Origin: a plasmid
Sequence record: NZ_CP069398.1
DNA length: 64,000 nt
Reading direction: 5' to 3' (one strand)
A model generated the notes under the pieces. It saw nothing but the letters and a program-made list of their open reading frames with translations, was not told where the DNA came from and made no database searches. A program made the position numbers and the translations under genes. Shown here in pieces: positions 31,050-40,770 of the stretch. Every line of letters starts with the position of its first letter. Position 1 is the first letter of the stretch.

Positions 31050-31177
31050 TATTGAAAAGATTTTATCAATAAAAAAGGGAAGAGAGCTCTCTTCTCTTCA
31101 AATTAATTAGTTCCTAGAATCAAACTTATGTGAACTAGAATATAATAAGAGGCCGGGACAAAACCCAGCCTCTTAGA

Positions 31178-31423
31178 TTATCTATATAAATTTTCTACAG
31201 GTTTACCTAAATTGTTTATATCTTGAGTAATATTTAAAATGATTAAATAATGATCTTGGCTTTTTCGTTTACCAAGAAAAACAACTTGGTGAACTTCAAC
31301 TAAATCATTTTCATATTCTTTGTTAGTTTCACACATTTCATACAAAGTGCTACCAAACTCAGTATTATCCCAATTAGCTATATCAAGCTCTATAAAAACT
31401 TGGCTTTTTTTTACGTTACTCAT
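31178..31423 (-). CDS. Small cytoplasmic protein, candidate barstar-like inhibitor
   Basis: 81 aa. Begins VFIELDIANWDN... and contains KEYENDLVEV, loosely matching the barstar pattern IDL..I...YYGENLDAL. Immediately downstream of a secreted candidate RNase. Confidence 0.3.
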   Translation of the reverse strand: MSNVKKSQVFIELDIANWDNTEFGSTLYEMCETNKEYENDLVEVHQVVFLGKRKSQDHYLIILNITQDINNLGKPVENLYR

Positions 31424-31452
31424 TTGTTGTCTACCCCTTATCTATAGCACAA

Positions 31453-32142
31453 TTAGAATGCTAGTGGAAATTGCGTACTCTTTGCAGAGTTGCTTTTATT
31501 TATTATAACTCTATGATCTCTTGTCGAAGTATCTGAGGTACTAATATTAGAATCAAAACGTTTAGCGTAAAAAACTTGAGTATTTCCTTTTTTATCAGTT
31601 TGTGACCATTTATTATCGTAATTATTCATAGTTTCTTCTCTTAATTTTTTGACATCAACATTGCGACCATATTGAGTATCATTAGGTGTAGATTTTTTCT
31701 TTGGATTATACTTATGCCTATCATATGCGTGCTCATTGATAAAGCTTGATTTGTTCATTCCACCATTTAATTTATATGGAACAGTGTTATTCTTTCCCTT
31801 TTTAGGTTTACCTCTTCTTTTTAAAGCTTCAAAAGTACTTGTCGAAGCATCAGATACAACAGCCGTGATAGCCCCACTTGTGTTTGTAGTCACTTGTAAA
31901 TTGATATCGTAACTAACTCCATCTTCAAAAAAAGCAGTATATGTAACTTTGTTGATTGCATCGCTCTCTAAAATCCCTGCATTTTTAAGTTCATCTAATC
32001 CATATACTTCAATTTTTTCTTCCAAAACTAACTTCTGAAATTCATCATCGTTCCATTCATCTGCGTAAGATATACTGCTAAACGAAAATAGACCTAAAAT
32101 CATTAATAAAAAGGCTTTAACTAAAATTCGATTCTTTACCAC
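31453..32142 (-). CDS. Secreted protein with a C-terminal barnase-like (microbial RNase) region. Candidate toxin
   Basis: 229 aa. Signal peptide MVKNRILVKAFLLMILGLFSFSSISYA. C-terminal KLREETMNNY resembles the barnase TWREADINY catalytic-Glu segment. STRDHRVII resembles FRNSDRILY. Confidence 0.35.
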   Translation of the reverse strand: MVKNRILVKAFLLMILGLFSFSSISYADEWNDDEFQKLVLEEKIEVYGLDELKNAGILESDAINKVTYTAFFEDGVSYDINLQVTTNTSGAITAVVSDASTSTFEALKRRGKPKKGKNNTVPYKLNGGMNKSSFINEHAYDRHKYNPKKKSTPNDTQYGRNVDVKKLREETMNNYDNKWSQTDKKGNTQVFYAKRFDSNISTSDTSTRDHRVIINKSNSAKSTQFPLAF

Positions 32143-32335
32143 TTGATTTTCTCTCCTTTTTCATATTTTGTCAACAATGAGAAATTATACTATATAAAAA
32201 CAGAAAATGTAACAAAAATATACATAAAAATAATAATTTGTTATTTTTTTAGTTATATAGACCTGTCTGTAAGTTGACTAAAAAAGATATGTCATATTGT
32301 AGTAACAATAATCGGGAAAAGATTCCATTGAATAA

Positions 32336-32372
32336 AGAACGTTTGTTCGTATATAATAAAGAACAAACGTTC
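32336..32372 (+). promoter_or_regulatory. Two LexA (Cheo-box) operators bracketing a TATAAT -10, upstream of Y-family polymerase copy A
   Basis: aGAACgtttGTTCg at 32336-32349 and GAACaaacGTTC at 32361-32372. Matches the Bacillus SOS box GAAC-N4-GTTC. Confidence 0.75.
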
Positions 32373-32392
32373 TTTATTGAGGAGTACTTTCA

Positions 32393-33658
32393 ATGAACTA
32401 TGAGCAGCTACCTAACAGAGTCATTATTTGCATCGACATGAAGTCGTTTTTTGCTTCGGTTTCTTCTGTCATACGGGGGTTAGATCCGTTAAAAACTAAG
32501 CTTGCTGTTGTAGGAGATATCAAACGGTCGGGATCTGTTGTGTTAGCTGCCACACCTTTATTAAAGAAAGAAGGGATCAAAACCGGCAGCCGTCTTTTTG
32601 AAATTCCTAAAAGGAAAGATATCCATGTAGTAAATCCATCAATGGAGAGATATATCAAAGCATCTAACTATATTTCAAGTTTGGTGTTACAGTATGTGGC
32701 TCCTGAAGACTTTCATGCCTATAGCATTGATGAGTTGTTTATTGATGCGACTGCTTCTTTGCATTTATTTGCTCGAACACCAGAGGAACTAGCTCATCGT
32801 ATACTTAATGAGATCTATCGCAAAACACGGCTGACAGCTACCGCAGGAATCGGTCCGAATCTCTTACTGTCTAAAGTTAGCTTAGATCATGAAGCGAAGC
32901 ACAGTCCAACAGGGGTTGCGTATTGGAGATATGAGGATATTCCCTTTAAGTTATGGTCGATTCATCCAATGAAGGATTTCTGGGGGATCTCATCAGCTAC
33001 AGAAAGACGCTTAAACCGTTTAGGCATCTATACCATAAAAGAACTTGCTCTTTCCTCTAAAGAGATGTTACAAAAAGAATTTGGCATCATGGGACAGGAA
33101 CTTCACCAACATGCAAATGGTATTGATTTTAGTCGTATTTCGGATGTGTACATTCCTAGTTCCCGTTCCTTTGGGAAAAGTCAGATACTCTTTCGAGATT
33201 ATACAAGCCGAAAAGAAGTGGAATTATTACTATTGGAGCTATTGGACGATGTTTGCTTTCGTTTACGCATGCATCAAGTCGTGGCTCAAACGATCCATTT
33301 ATCGATTGGTTACAGCAAACAAACAGGTGGAGGCTTCTCCAGACAAAAGAAAATGGGGAGAGCTTCGAACTTAAGCCAAGATATTTTCCCGTACTGTTTA
33401 ACTATTTTACATACGCATGATAGTGGCATGCCGATTCGCTCCATTGGCATTTCCTTATCCAACACCAGCATTCAAGAAGAGGAGCAAATGAGCTTATTTG
33501 ATGACATCGATCAGCGTGAAAGAGCCTATGCTCTTGCCAAAACAATTGATGACATTCGGCTGCGTTATGGCAAGAATAGTGTACTACGTGCGTCTAGTCA
33601 CCTTCCTCATTCAACAGCTCGTTATCGAAATGGTCTTATGGGTGGCCATAAAGCTTAA
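32393..33658 (+). CDS. Y-family DNA polymerase (UmuC/UvrX/YqjW-like translesion polymerase), copy A
   Basis: 421 aa. IMPB/UmuC N-terminus ICIDMKSFFASV and a catalytic SIDE motif. LexA boxes upstream. Confidence 0.85.
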   Translation: MNYEQLPNRVIICIDMKSFFASVSSVIRGLDPLKTKLAVVGDIKRSGSVVLAATPLLKKEGIKTGSRLFEIPKRKDIHVVNPSMERYIKASNYISSLVLQYVAPEDFHAYSIDELFIDATASLHLFARTPEELAHRILNEIYRKTRLTATAGIGPNLLLSKVSLDHEAKHSPTGVAYWRYEDIPFKLWSIHPMKDFWGISSATERRLNRLGIYTIKELALSSKEMLQKEFGIMGQELHQHANGIDFSRISDVYIPSSRSFGKSQILFRDYTSRKEVELLLLELLDDVCFRLRMHQVVAQTIHLSIGYSKQTGGGFSRQKKMGRASNLSQDIFPYCLTILHTHDSGMPIRSIGISLSNTSIQEEEQMSLFDDIDQRERAYALAKTIDDIRLRYGKNSVLRASSHLPHSTARYRNGLMGGHKA

Positions 33659-33671
33659 GGAGGAAAAAGAA

Positions 33672-34004
33672 ATGGAACCTAGAGGAATGAAAAAATGGCG
33701 TCCGTTCGCCACTATCCCAGAGCAATACATAGGATTAAAGGAAATGATAAATAAGCAAGCAGAAGTAGCTCAACCTGTTTTAACAGAAGAGCAAATGGAA
33801 CAAATCAATTTCACCCTTATTGAAGCCTTACATACAAATAAACAAGTTTATCTTACATACTACAAAAAGGGACAATGTATTACAGAAAAGGGATTCATCC
33901 AATTTGTTGATTCCCTGGGGAATTTGTTTGTTTTTATCGATGAAGTATTCGAATTAAAAAATAAAATGAGGTTAAGTGAGCTAATTGATGCTCGATTCGT
34001 GTAA
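33672..34004 (+). CDS. yolD: YolD-like protein (UmuD functional analogue), copy A
   Basis: 110 aa starting MEPRGMKKWRPFA with AAGGAGG RBS. The track ORF is a 5'-extended frame overlapping the polymerase 3' end. Confidence 0.75.
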   Translation: MEPRGMKKWRPFATIPEQYIGLKEMINKQAEVAQPVLTEEQMEQINFTLIEALHTNKQVYLTYYKKGQCITEKGFIQFVDSLGNLFVFIDEVFELKNKMRLSELIDARFV

Positions 34005-34201
34005 AGTTAAGATTAGTTGAATTATTTATACATTTGTTTACGCAAAACTTTTTCATATGAAGATACTTCGCTTTTCTTTCTTCGACTAGCTAGGTTGTTA
34101 GTTAAATGAGATCGGTAGCTTTACATTGAGAAGCATATGGCGTGAAATATTAACAGTTGTAAAAATTATTACAAGAGAAATGATTAAAGGGAGGAATTTT
34201 T

Positions 34202-34770
34202 ATGTCCATTAACACAGGGTCTAGAAGAGTGATTTTAGATTTAGCAGTTACTTTAGATGGATTTATTGAAGGGCCAAACGGAGAAATTGACTGGTGTATC
34301 ATGGATCCTGATATGGAGTTTACTCATTTCTTGAATCAAATTGATACTATTTTATATGGAAGAAAAAGCTACGAATTATGGGGAGAATACACTCCAAAAA
34401 CTGGAGATTCTGATACCGAAAAAGAAATGTGGGGATTAGTTCACAGCAAAGAAAAGTATGTTTTTTCTAGGACACAAAAAAGGGCTGATCATAAAGCAAT
34501 ATATATAAATGATAATATTTTGGAAGAAGTAAATAAATTAAAGAAAAAGCCTGGAAAAGATATCTAGCTATATGGTGGAGCAAGTCTTATTACAAATTTT
34601 ATAAATTTAGGGCTTGTAGATGAATTTAGATTATCGGTTCATCCTGTTGTTTTGGGAAGTGGAAAACCTTTATTTATTGACATAAAACAAAGGTTAAACC
34701 TTAAATTGGTTAATACAAAAACGTTTTCTTCTGGCGTTATCCAGCTGTGCTATCGCCTTAATGATAATTA
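34202..34770 (+). pseudogene. Dihydrofolate-reductase-like (RibD C-terminal domain / YwjB family) gene interrupted by an in-frame amber codon
   Basis: The frame continues ...KKKPGKDI*LYGGASLITNF.... TAG at 34565-34567 sits where the family has a conserved Trp (DIWLYGG). Confidence 0.6.
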
Positions 34771-34814
34771 ATGAAATTCAAGAAAGCTTTTCTAATAAGA
34801 GTAAACAGAAAAGA

Positions 34815-34890
34815 GTGATTAACCTGGAAGAAATAAAGGAGCAAGAAATCGAGCTTAACGAAGTGTATGACTATACTGAATTTCCGGATA
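34815..34890 (+). pseudogene. 5' fragment of a small zinc-ribbon protein gene (intact in copy B at 54518-54703)
   Basis: VINLEEIKEQEIELNEVYDYTEFPDK matches the copy-B N-terminus. It breaks at the 8-bp repeat ataaggtc. Confidence 0.6.
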
Positions 34891-34895
34891 AGGTC

Positions 34896-36131
34896 TTAAA
34901 TGGACTAAACTAATAAGAGGATATATGTTCAATATACGAGCATATATCCTCTTTTCTTATAAGTATTAGATTCGTTATTTAGATACTATACATATAGTTT
35001 AATATGTATATATTATAAAGGAGCTTATGTTTGTTACAAATGCAGGATGTAGCCTATAGTAGGAGACTCAATGAGGTCTTCAATCCGATCATTAATATGA
35101 CTTAGGAGGTGAGTGTTATGAGTTTTGTAACTTTGTAATAATAGGTATTAAGCAATCGGGCCAGTTTATGGAGGACCGGAAACATTACTTTGGATAAAAT
35201 GAAAGCATCAAAAAAATTGGAGGGTTCATACGTGACTGTTGAAGGTAAGCATGATATTGAAGGGCTTAAGGAAATCGGAAAAATCGTCGCTTTAACAATA
35301 AGTGAAATGAAAAATCAGACACGTGCCGGAATGACGACCAAAGAATTGGATGAAATCGGGGGACGCTTTTTAAAAAGATATGGTGCGGTCTCCGCACCAA
35401 AGATAACCTACAATTTTCCCGGTAACACATGCATTAGCATTAACCATGAAGTTGCTCACGGAATACCGGGGAATCGGAAGATTCAAGAAGGTGACCTAAT
35501 AAATATTGATGTCTCTGCTGAGTTAAATGGTTACTTTGCCGATGCAGGTCATTCCTTTCAGATTCCTTTATATAACCCTTCTGTAACACGTCTCTGTCAA
35601 TACACACACAATACCATGATGAAAGTTATTTCTTCACTTAAACATGGGGTGAGATTGAATGAAATCGGAAGAATTATTCAAAATGAAGCCCAAAAAGGTG
35701 GTTACAAGGTACTTACGGATCTTTGCAGTCACGGCATTGGAAGGTCTTTACATGAGGCACCTGAAGATATTTTACCTATCTATGACAAGTATGATAAACG
35801 GGTATTGAAAGAAGGTATGGTTATTACAATTGAGCCTTTTTTATCAACTGGAGCAGAGTATACAGTTGAAAGTTCGGATGGATGGACTTTATGTGTGCCC
35901 GATAATAGTCTTTGTGCACAATATGAGCACACAATAATTATTACAAGAGATCAACCGATAATTACAACGATAGCTTAGATATTGTTTTCAGATGTTAGGT
36001 CCATAGATGTTTAAGGAAGTTCATCAAACGGGCGTATTTGTTGAGCAAAGATTAAAAGGTTAATACATATTAGTTATTTACAATATGTATTAACCTTTAT
36101 TTTCTATGTTTTTTTGATTTGAATCTTGATA
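34896..36131 (+). other. 1.24 kb inserted segment carrying map, flanked by 8-bp direct repeats (ataaggtc), splitting the zinc-ribbon gene
   Basis: Direct repeats at 34888-34895 and 36132-36139. Copy B has a single contiguous gene at the equivalent position. Confidence 0.55.
35190..35978 (+). CDS. map: Methionine aminopeptidase type I (M24 family)
   Basis: 262 aa. Metal ligands in conserved positions (D..D...H...E..E): ...INIDVS..., HGIGRSLHE, ITIEPF. Confidence 0.8.
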   Translation: MDKMKASKKLEGSYVTVEGKHDIEGLKEIGKIVALTISEMKNQTRAGMTTKELDEIGGRFLKRYGAVSAPKITYNFPGNTCISINHEVAHGIPGNRKIQEGDLINIDVSAELNGYFADAGHSFQIPLYNPSVTRLCQYTHNTMMKVISSLKHGVRLNEIGRIIQNEAQKGGYKVLTDLCSHGIGRSLHEAPEDILPIYDKYDKRVLKEGMVITIEPFLSTGAEYTVESSDGWTLCVPDNSLCAQYEHTIIITRDQPIITTIA

Positions 36132-36145
36132 ATAAGGTCAGTGGC

Positions 36146-36243
36146 AGATGAGATAAATGCAATTCATCTTACTTCAAAAGTTCAGTAAAAGGTGGTATTT
36201 TCTTACGCGAATGTCGGGAATGCGGCATGAAGAAGAGTACCTA
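36146..36243 (+). pseudogene. 3' fragment of the split zinc-ribbon gene
   Basis: Nucleotide similarity to 54597-54703 (..CNSSYFKSSVK..FLRECRECSMKKS), here disrupted. Confidence 0.55.
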
Positions 36244-36370
36244 AATATAGATGTAGTTGTGTTTACTCATTTTTAGAATCTGAAATATATACCTTACTAC
36301 ACTGCCGATGCCTTTTATTACAATCTACTTTAGAAGTTAAGGCAGCCGTTGATTGCTCTTCCATTACCCT

Positions 36371-36772
36371 CTAATGATCACCTACTACTGCCTGTCCTGT
36401 CATCGTGAAAGTACGAAGTTTCCGAGGAATAAAAGCTCTTATCTCTTCTTCTTTATATCCGATTTGCAGTATTTTACGATCTTGTATAATAATAGGGCGT
36501 TTAAGTATAAAAGGATGACTCTTTATCAAATCATACAGACCCTGTAACGACAGTGTATCAATCTCTATATTTAACTTTTGAGGAATCTTTGACCTTGTAG
36601 AAATAATTTCATCTGTACCCTTTTCTGTCATACTAAGAATATTTTTAATTTCATCTTCTGTAATAGGTTCATACGATAGATTTCTTTCAATATAATCAAT
36701 TTGATGTTCCTCAAGCCAAGCCTTTGCTTTTCGGCAAGAAACGCAGCTGGTTGTCGTATATAGATTAATCAT
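36371..36772 (-). CDS. Spx/MgsR-family (ArsC-fold) transcriptional regulator paralog, copy A
   Basis: 133 aa. N-terminal CxxC ([17 protein letters not shown]) and a conserved RPIII..K.LQIGY segment. Confidence 0.8.
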   Translation of the reverse strand: MINLYTTTSCVSCRKAKAWLEEHQIDYIERNLSYEPITEDEIKNILSMTEKGTDEIISTRSKIPQKLNIEIDTLSLQGLYDLIKSHPFILKRPIIIQDRKILQIGYKEEEIRAFIPRKLRTFTMTGQAVVGDH

Positions 36773-36847
36773 TCTTTACACCTCGTCTATATGGATTTTT
36801 TTCTATCTTTAATTAATCAATGTAAATAAAAGTATATAGATTTCTAA

Positions 36848-36884
36848 TAAGTAAAAGCCACTTGTATACTACAAGTGGCTTTTT
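36848..36884. repeat. Terminator-like hairpin repeat, family B (agccacttgtat..acaagtggcttttt)
   Basis: Related copy at 22640-22676. Confidence 0.5.
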
Positions 36885-37337
36885 GCTACGTTGAATACAC
36901 TAGATAATTCACGTATTATTTCCACCACTATTATAACATAGTTTATGTATCTGTTTAATGCATTTGGATCTTAATATAACTAAAATATGAAACATATGAT
37001 TCAGAACGCGAGACTAACCTTCTATGTTTTATAAACTTATTTCTTCAAATAGACATCCTCTTTGTTATTTAAGTGGGTATGTTCCTTATTCTTATTTAAA
37101 AACAGGACTTTGAATAAGAAAAGGGATAACTACTAAAGCTGTCATCCCTTTTCTTATTCATGGCAAGTGTATAGGTTTTATAACAAGGAAACGAAACATC
37201 TAATCCTACTTTTTACAGTGTCATTTGTTTCTAAGAGTTAGTATGGCGAGCACATAAGGTAAAATACATCCACTATTTACCATACATATACCTCTTCTAC
37301 AATAGGAAACTTAAAAGAAACAAGGAGGTGACACAAC

Positions 37338-37547
37338 ATGGCAAACAACAAAAGCAGCAACAACAATGAATTATTAGTATACGGTGCAGAGCAAGCAATC
37401 GATCAAATGAAATATGAAATCGCGAGCGAATTTGGTGTAAACCTTGGTGCTGACACAACTGCACGTGCAAACGGATCAGTAGGTGGCGAAATCACAAAAC
37501 GTCTTGTACAAATGGCTGAGCAACAACTTGGCGGTGGACGTTTCTAA
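37338..37547 (+). CDS. Alpha/beta-type small acid-soluble spore protein (SASP)
   Basis: 69 aa. Signature EIASEFGV and [19 protein letters not shown]. Confidence 0.9.
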   Translation: MANNKSSNNNELLVYGAEQAIDQMKYEIASEFGVNLGADTTARANGSVGGEITKRLVQMAEQQLGGGRF

Positions 37548-37682
37548 TAAAATTTTATAATGATGGCCGAAGGAAGAATGGTTTCCCGTTCTTCCTTTTT
37601 TCGTTAGTGAAAAAGGAGGATAATAGCATGAGGGTGCAAGAGATTCTTGTATCGCACCCAATAGCTGGGAAAAATTCAGATT

Positions 37683-38342
37683 TTACGATGAAATTACTTT
37701 TTGAATCTGCTCATCAATATTCCCATTACTTAAGCCTCCGTGATAACAAACCACAGATTCAATATCCAGGTCTAGGTATTTCTTCAAAGAGAGTCGAGCC
37801 TCTTTTATATCCAGTACAGTTGGAACATGAATCCCCTCAATTATTCCGTTTACACTGTACATTGAGTCCCCAGCAATCAGTGTTTTACTCTTTTCCAAAT
37901 AGAGACTGATATGCCCTGGAGTATGTCCTGGAGTATGAATGACACGAATCCCGCCGCAATACGTAAGTTCTTGACCGTCTTTCAAGGTATCATCCACTTT
38001 GCTCTTTGGAGGATTCTCTACGTTCCCGTCTTTCAAAAGAGGTAAATCCCCTTGTATATAAGGCTTATCCAAAACGTGAGCATATACTTTAATATGATTA
38101 TACTCTTGTACTATCTCAGGAAGACTACCTATATGATCTATATCCTGATGTGTCAAAATTATAACTTTTAGTTTGTCGAACGATACTCCTACTTTATCCA
38201 TTGCCACGCGTAAATCTTCCATTTGTCCCGGGAATCCAGTGTCTATTAAAACGGCCATTTCTTGATCCCATAAAAGAGTTGGATGAATAATATATCCATG
38301 AAATTCAAGCTGGAGCATTTCTACCCCTTTAGAAATTTCCAT
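37683..38342 (-). CDS. MBL-fold metallo-hydrolase
   Basis: 219 aa. THQDIDHIG (HxHxDH) motif. Confidence 0.75.
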   Translation of the reverse strand: MEISKGVEMLQLEFHGYIIHPTLLWDQEMAVLIDTGFPGQMEDLRVAMDKVGVSFDKLKVIILTHQDIDHIGSLPEIVQEYNHIKVYAHVLDKPYIQGDLPLLKDGNVENPPKSKVDDTLKDGQELTYCGGIRVIHTPGHTPGHISLYLEKSKTLIAGDSMYSVNGIIEGIHVPTVLDIKEARLSLKKYLDLDIESVVCYHGGLSNGNIDEQIQKVISS

Positions 38343-39016
38343 AACTTTAGTCTCCTTTATAATTAGATTTTATTGATGTAGGATAATAGGTTTGACTACA
38401 CCAGAAGGTTGAAAGAATACAGCCAATTTTGCACGTAAAATACTACCATTACGTAGTACCAAAAAATATTCATTATCACACTAACCATCTTCAAATTAAA
38501 TAACATAAACATCATATTAAATTCAGTTTCCTTCTCAAAAGTTCCTGCTATTTTTTATTGTTGAATGAGACATAAGGAAGTAAAAAAGAGAACACCATCT
38601 GAAGAAGGGTTCTCTTTTTTGGGGGCTTCCAATCAGCTTACATGTTTATTGCAAGTTTTTTTTAGATATTTAATTGAGTTGTTTAGATATTTTCCAACCT
38701 TTCATCCATTTCATGAAAAAATGGGCCGTTAGGACAACCCCTAGTATCTATAAGCCAATTACCTCTTACACAATTACCTACCGATCTCTTACTGAAGTAA
38801 GGGGTCTTTATTATTTTTTTGAGTGGGCAGGCAAGCCTACTGCAGTAGATACATAGTATCTAAAGAATTCCGACTCCCTTACCTAATTGGTATCTATTTC
38901 GGTAGCGTAATACATTAACCTTTGCGTAATTGAAGCTACTCTAAAAGAGAGGCTTTTTTAGAAGAATTTTAGGGTTTTAAATCCAAATAACAGGATAATA
39001 TTTACTTACAAAGCAA

Positions 39017-39343
39017 TTGAAGGTTGTAGAAATGGAGGGGAGTAAGTTGCCTAACAAAGAATATCCATACTATTTTATAAAGTTAGGTAAGTTATATTAT
39101 GTAAATGAATCATGTAGAAACGTAAAAAGGAAAGAGATCTCTAGTTACGAATTTACAAATAATGAATTGGTCGCATTTCCCTTTGACACACAATCCATTG
39201 CGAAACAGACTGCAGATGAATGTGGTGGTTATATTGTAGTTAGAAATGCTACATTTGATGATTATATTAGTCAAGGAGAACGTTGGAGTAAGTATATAGA
39301 TTATAATGGGAAAGACATATGGAAACTTTATAATGTTAAGTAA
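39017..39343 (+). CDS. Hypothetical protein
   Basis: 108 aa. GGAG RBS. No recognisable motif. Confidence 0.35.
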   Translation: MKVVEMEGSKLPNKEYPYYFIKLGKLYYVNESCRNVKRKEISSYEFTNNELVAFPFDTQSIAKQTADECGGYIVVRNATFDDYISQGERWSKYIDYNGKDIWKLYNVK

Positions 39344-39531
39344 ATAATAAAATACTTTTACTACTGGTAATCAAACTTATGTAAATAAGTTTCCTATATA
39401 ATATATGTAATCAGCGACTGTAAAATACTCAATAACAGCGATTCCAAATTCCCCAATAATAACAGATAATCGTTTCAAGACAACATCATGGATGGAGTGG
39501 AGAAACGGTGCTGAAGATTGGGGAGTTTTTT

Positions 39532-40770
39532 ATGATTAGAGAATTGTTTCAAAAAGGTTGGACGAAAACAGCTATTGCAGAAGCAACGGGTTTCGATCGC
39601 AAAACAGTCAGTAAATACCTAAAAGATAACCAGTTACCTAAGCGTAAAGGAAGTAAACAGAAAAAAGAAAGCAAATTAACCCCTTACAAACCGTATATAC
39701 TTGGACGGCTTAAAGAGGGTACCACTAATTGCGTAGTCTTATTAGAAGAAATACAAGCAATGGGTTATGAAGGTCAGCTCACAATCTTAAGAGATTTTGT
39801 TCGTCCTCTTCGCCAACAACCAAAGAAACAGGCAACCTTACGGTTTGAAACGCCACCTGGAAAGCAAGCTCAAATGGACTGGGCGTATGTCGGGAAGTAC
39901 TTAGTAAATGATGTGCTGCAAGATGTATATGGATTTATCATGATTTTGGGTTATTCCCGGATGAAATATGTAGAATTCACAACGAATATGAACCTAGAAA
40001 CTTTAATGAAATGCCATATGAATGCTTTCTCTTATTTTAATGGGATACCAGACCAAATCCTTTACGATAACATGAAAACAGTGGTGATCAAGCACAGCCC
40101 AGTGGAAGTTCGTTTTAATCGGAAATTCGAAGATTTCTTGGCTTACTATGGAATTGTGCCAAAGGCCTGCCGTCCAAGGAGGCCTCAAACAAAAGGGAAA
40201 GTAGAAAGAACGGTAAAGTATTTAAAAGATAACTTTTTTCAAAGAAAACATGAACCAACACTGAATGCGTTAAACGAGGATATAAAAGAATGGTTAAATC
40301 AGGTGGCTAATAAAAAGGAAAATCAGACAACAAATGAAGCACCCTTTAAGAGGTTTGAGCAGGAACAGAAGTTCCTGAAGGCCTGGGGGGAAAAACCTTT
40401 ATTTCCTACTTCCCATTGGGAGCATAGAGAGGTTAGTCGAGATTGTTTTATATCATACGGGGGAAAACAATACTCCGTTCCTTATCGTTATGTTGGACAG
40501 ACCGTTAAAGTAAAGGAAACATTAAATCATCATATAGAAATATACGATGAACATGAATGTATAGCAAAACATCCTATTCTTACTGGAAACGCAACGACAC
40601 ATATCCGGATGGAACATTATCAAGGTTTACAGAAGACAGAGATGGGTCAGAAAGAGAAACACATTGAAGGTTTGGCGACCGATGTTTCTCAATCACAAGA
40701 CCCATCCCCTAAAGTAGAGAAACGTCCTCTCGCTGCTTACGCAGCATTAGAAGAAGGTGAACATGTATGA
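39532..40770 (+). CDS. istA: IS21-family transposase IstA
   Basis: HTH (TKTAIAEATGFDRKTVSKYL) and a DDE core. The track ORF starts at 39508. Confidence 0.85.
   Translation: MIRELFQKGWTKTAIAEATGFDRKTVSKYLKDNQLPKRKGSKQKKESKLTPYKPYILGRLKEGTTNCVVLLEEIQAMGYEGQLTILRDFVRPLRQQPKKQATLRFETPPGKQAQMDWAYVGKYLVNDVLQDVYGFIMILGYSRMKYVEFTTNMNLETLMKCHMNAFSYFNGIPDQILYDNMKTVVIKHSPVEVRFNRKFEDFLAYYGIVPKACRPRRPQTKGKVERTVKYLKDNFFQRKHEPTLNALNEDIKEWLNQVANKKENQTTNEAPFKRFEQEQKFLKAWGEKPLFPTSHWEHREVSRDCFISYGGKQYSVPYRYVGQTVKVKETLNHHIEIYDEHECIAKHPILTGNATTHIRMEHYQGLQKTEMGQKEKHIEGLATDVSQSQDPSPKVEKRPLAAYAALEEGEHV

Noticed and set aside
32398-32658. 86 aa reverse-strand ORF at the 5' end of the Y-family polymerase (and its twin at 52625-52906)
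   Set aside because: It is conserved between the two copies only because the polymerase gene is. No RBS. Antisense artefact.
33498-34004. 168 aa version of the YolD-like ORF (and 53746-54252 in copy B)
   Set aside because: This is a 5' extension in an alternative frame overlapping the polymerase gene. A strong AAGGAGG RBS and an ATG at 33672 (and 53920) define the real 110 aa product.
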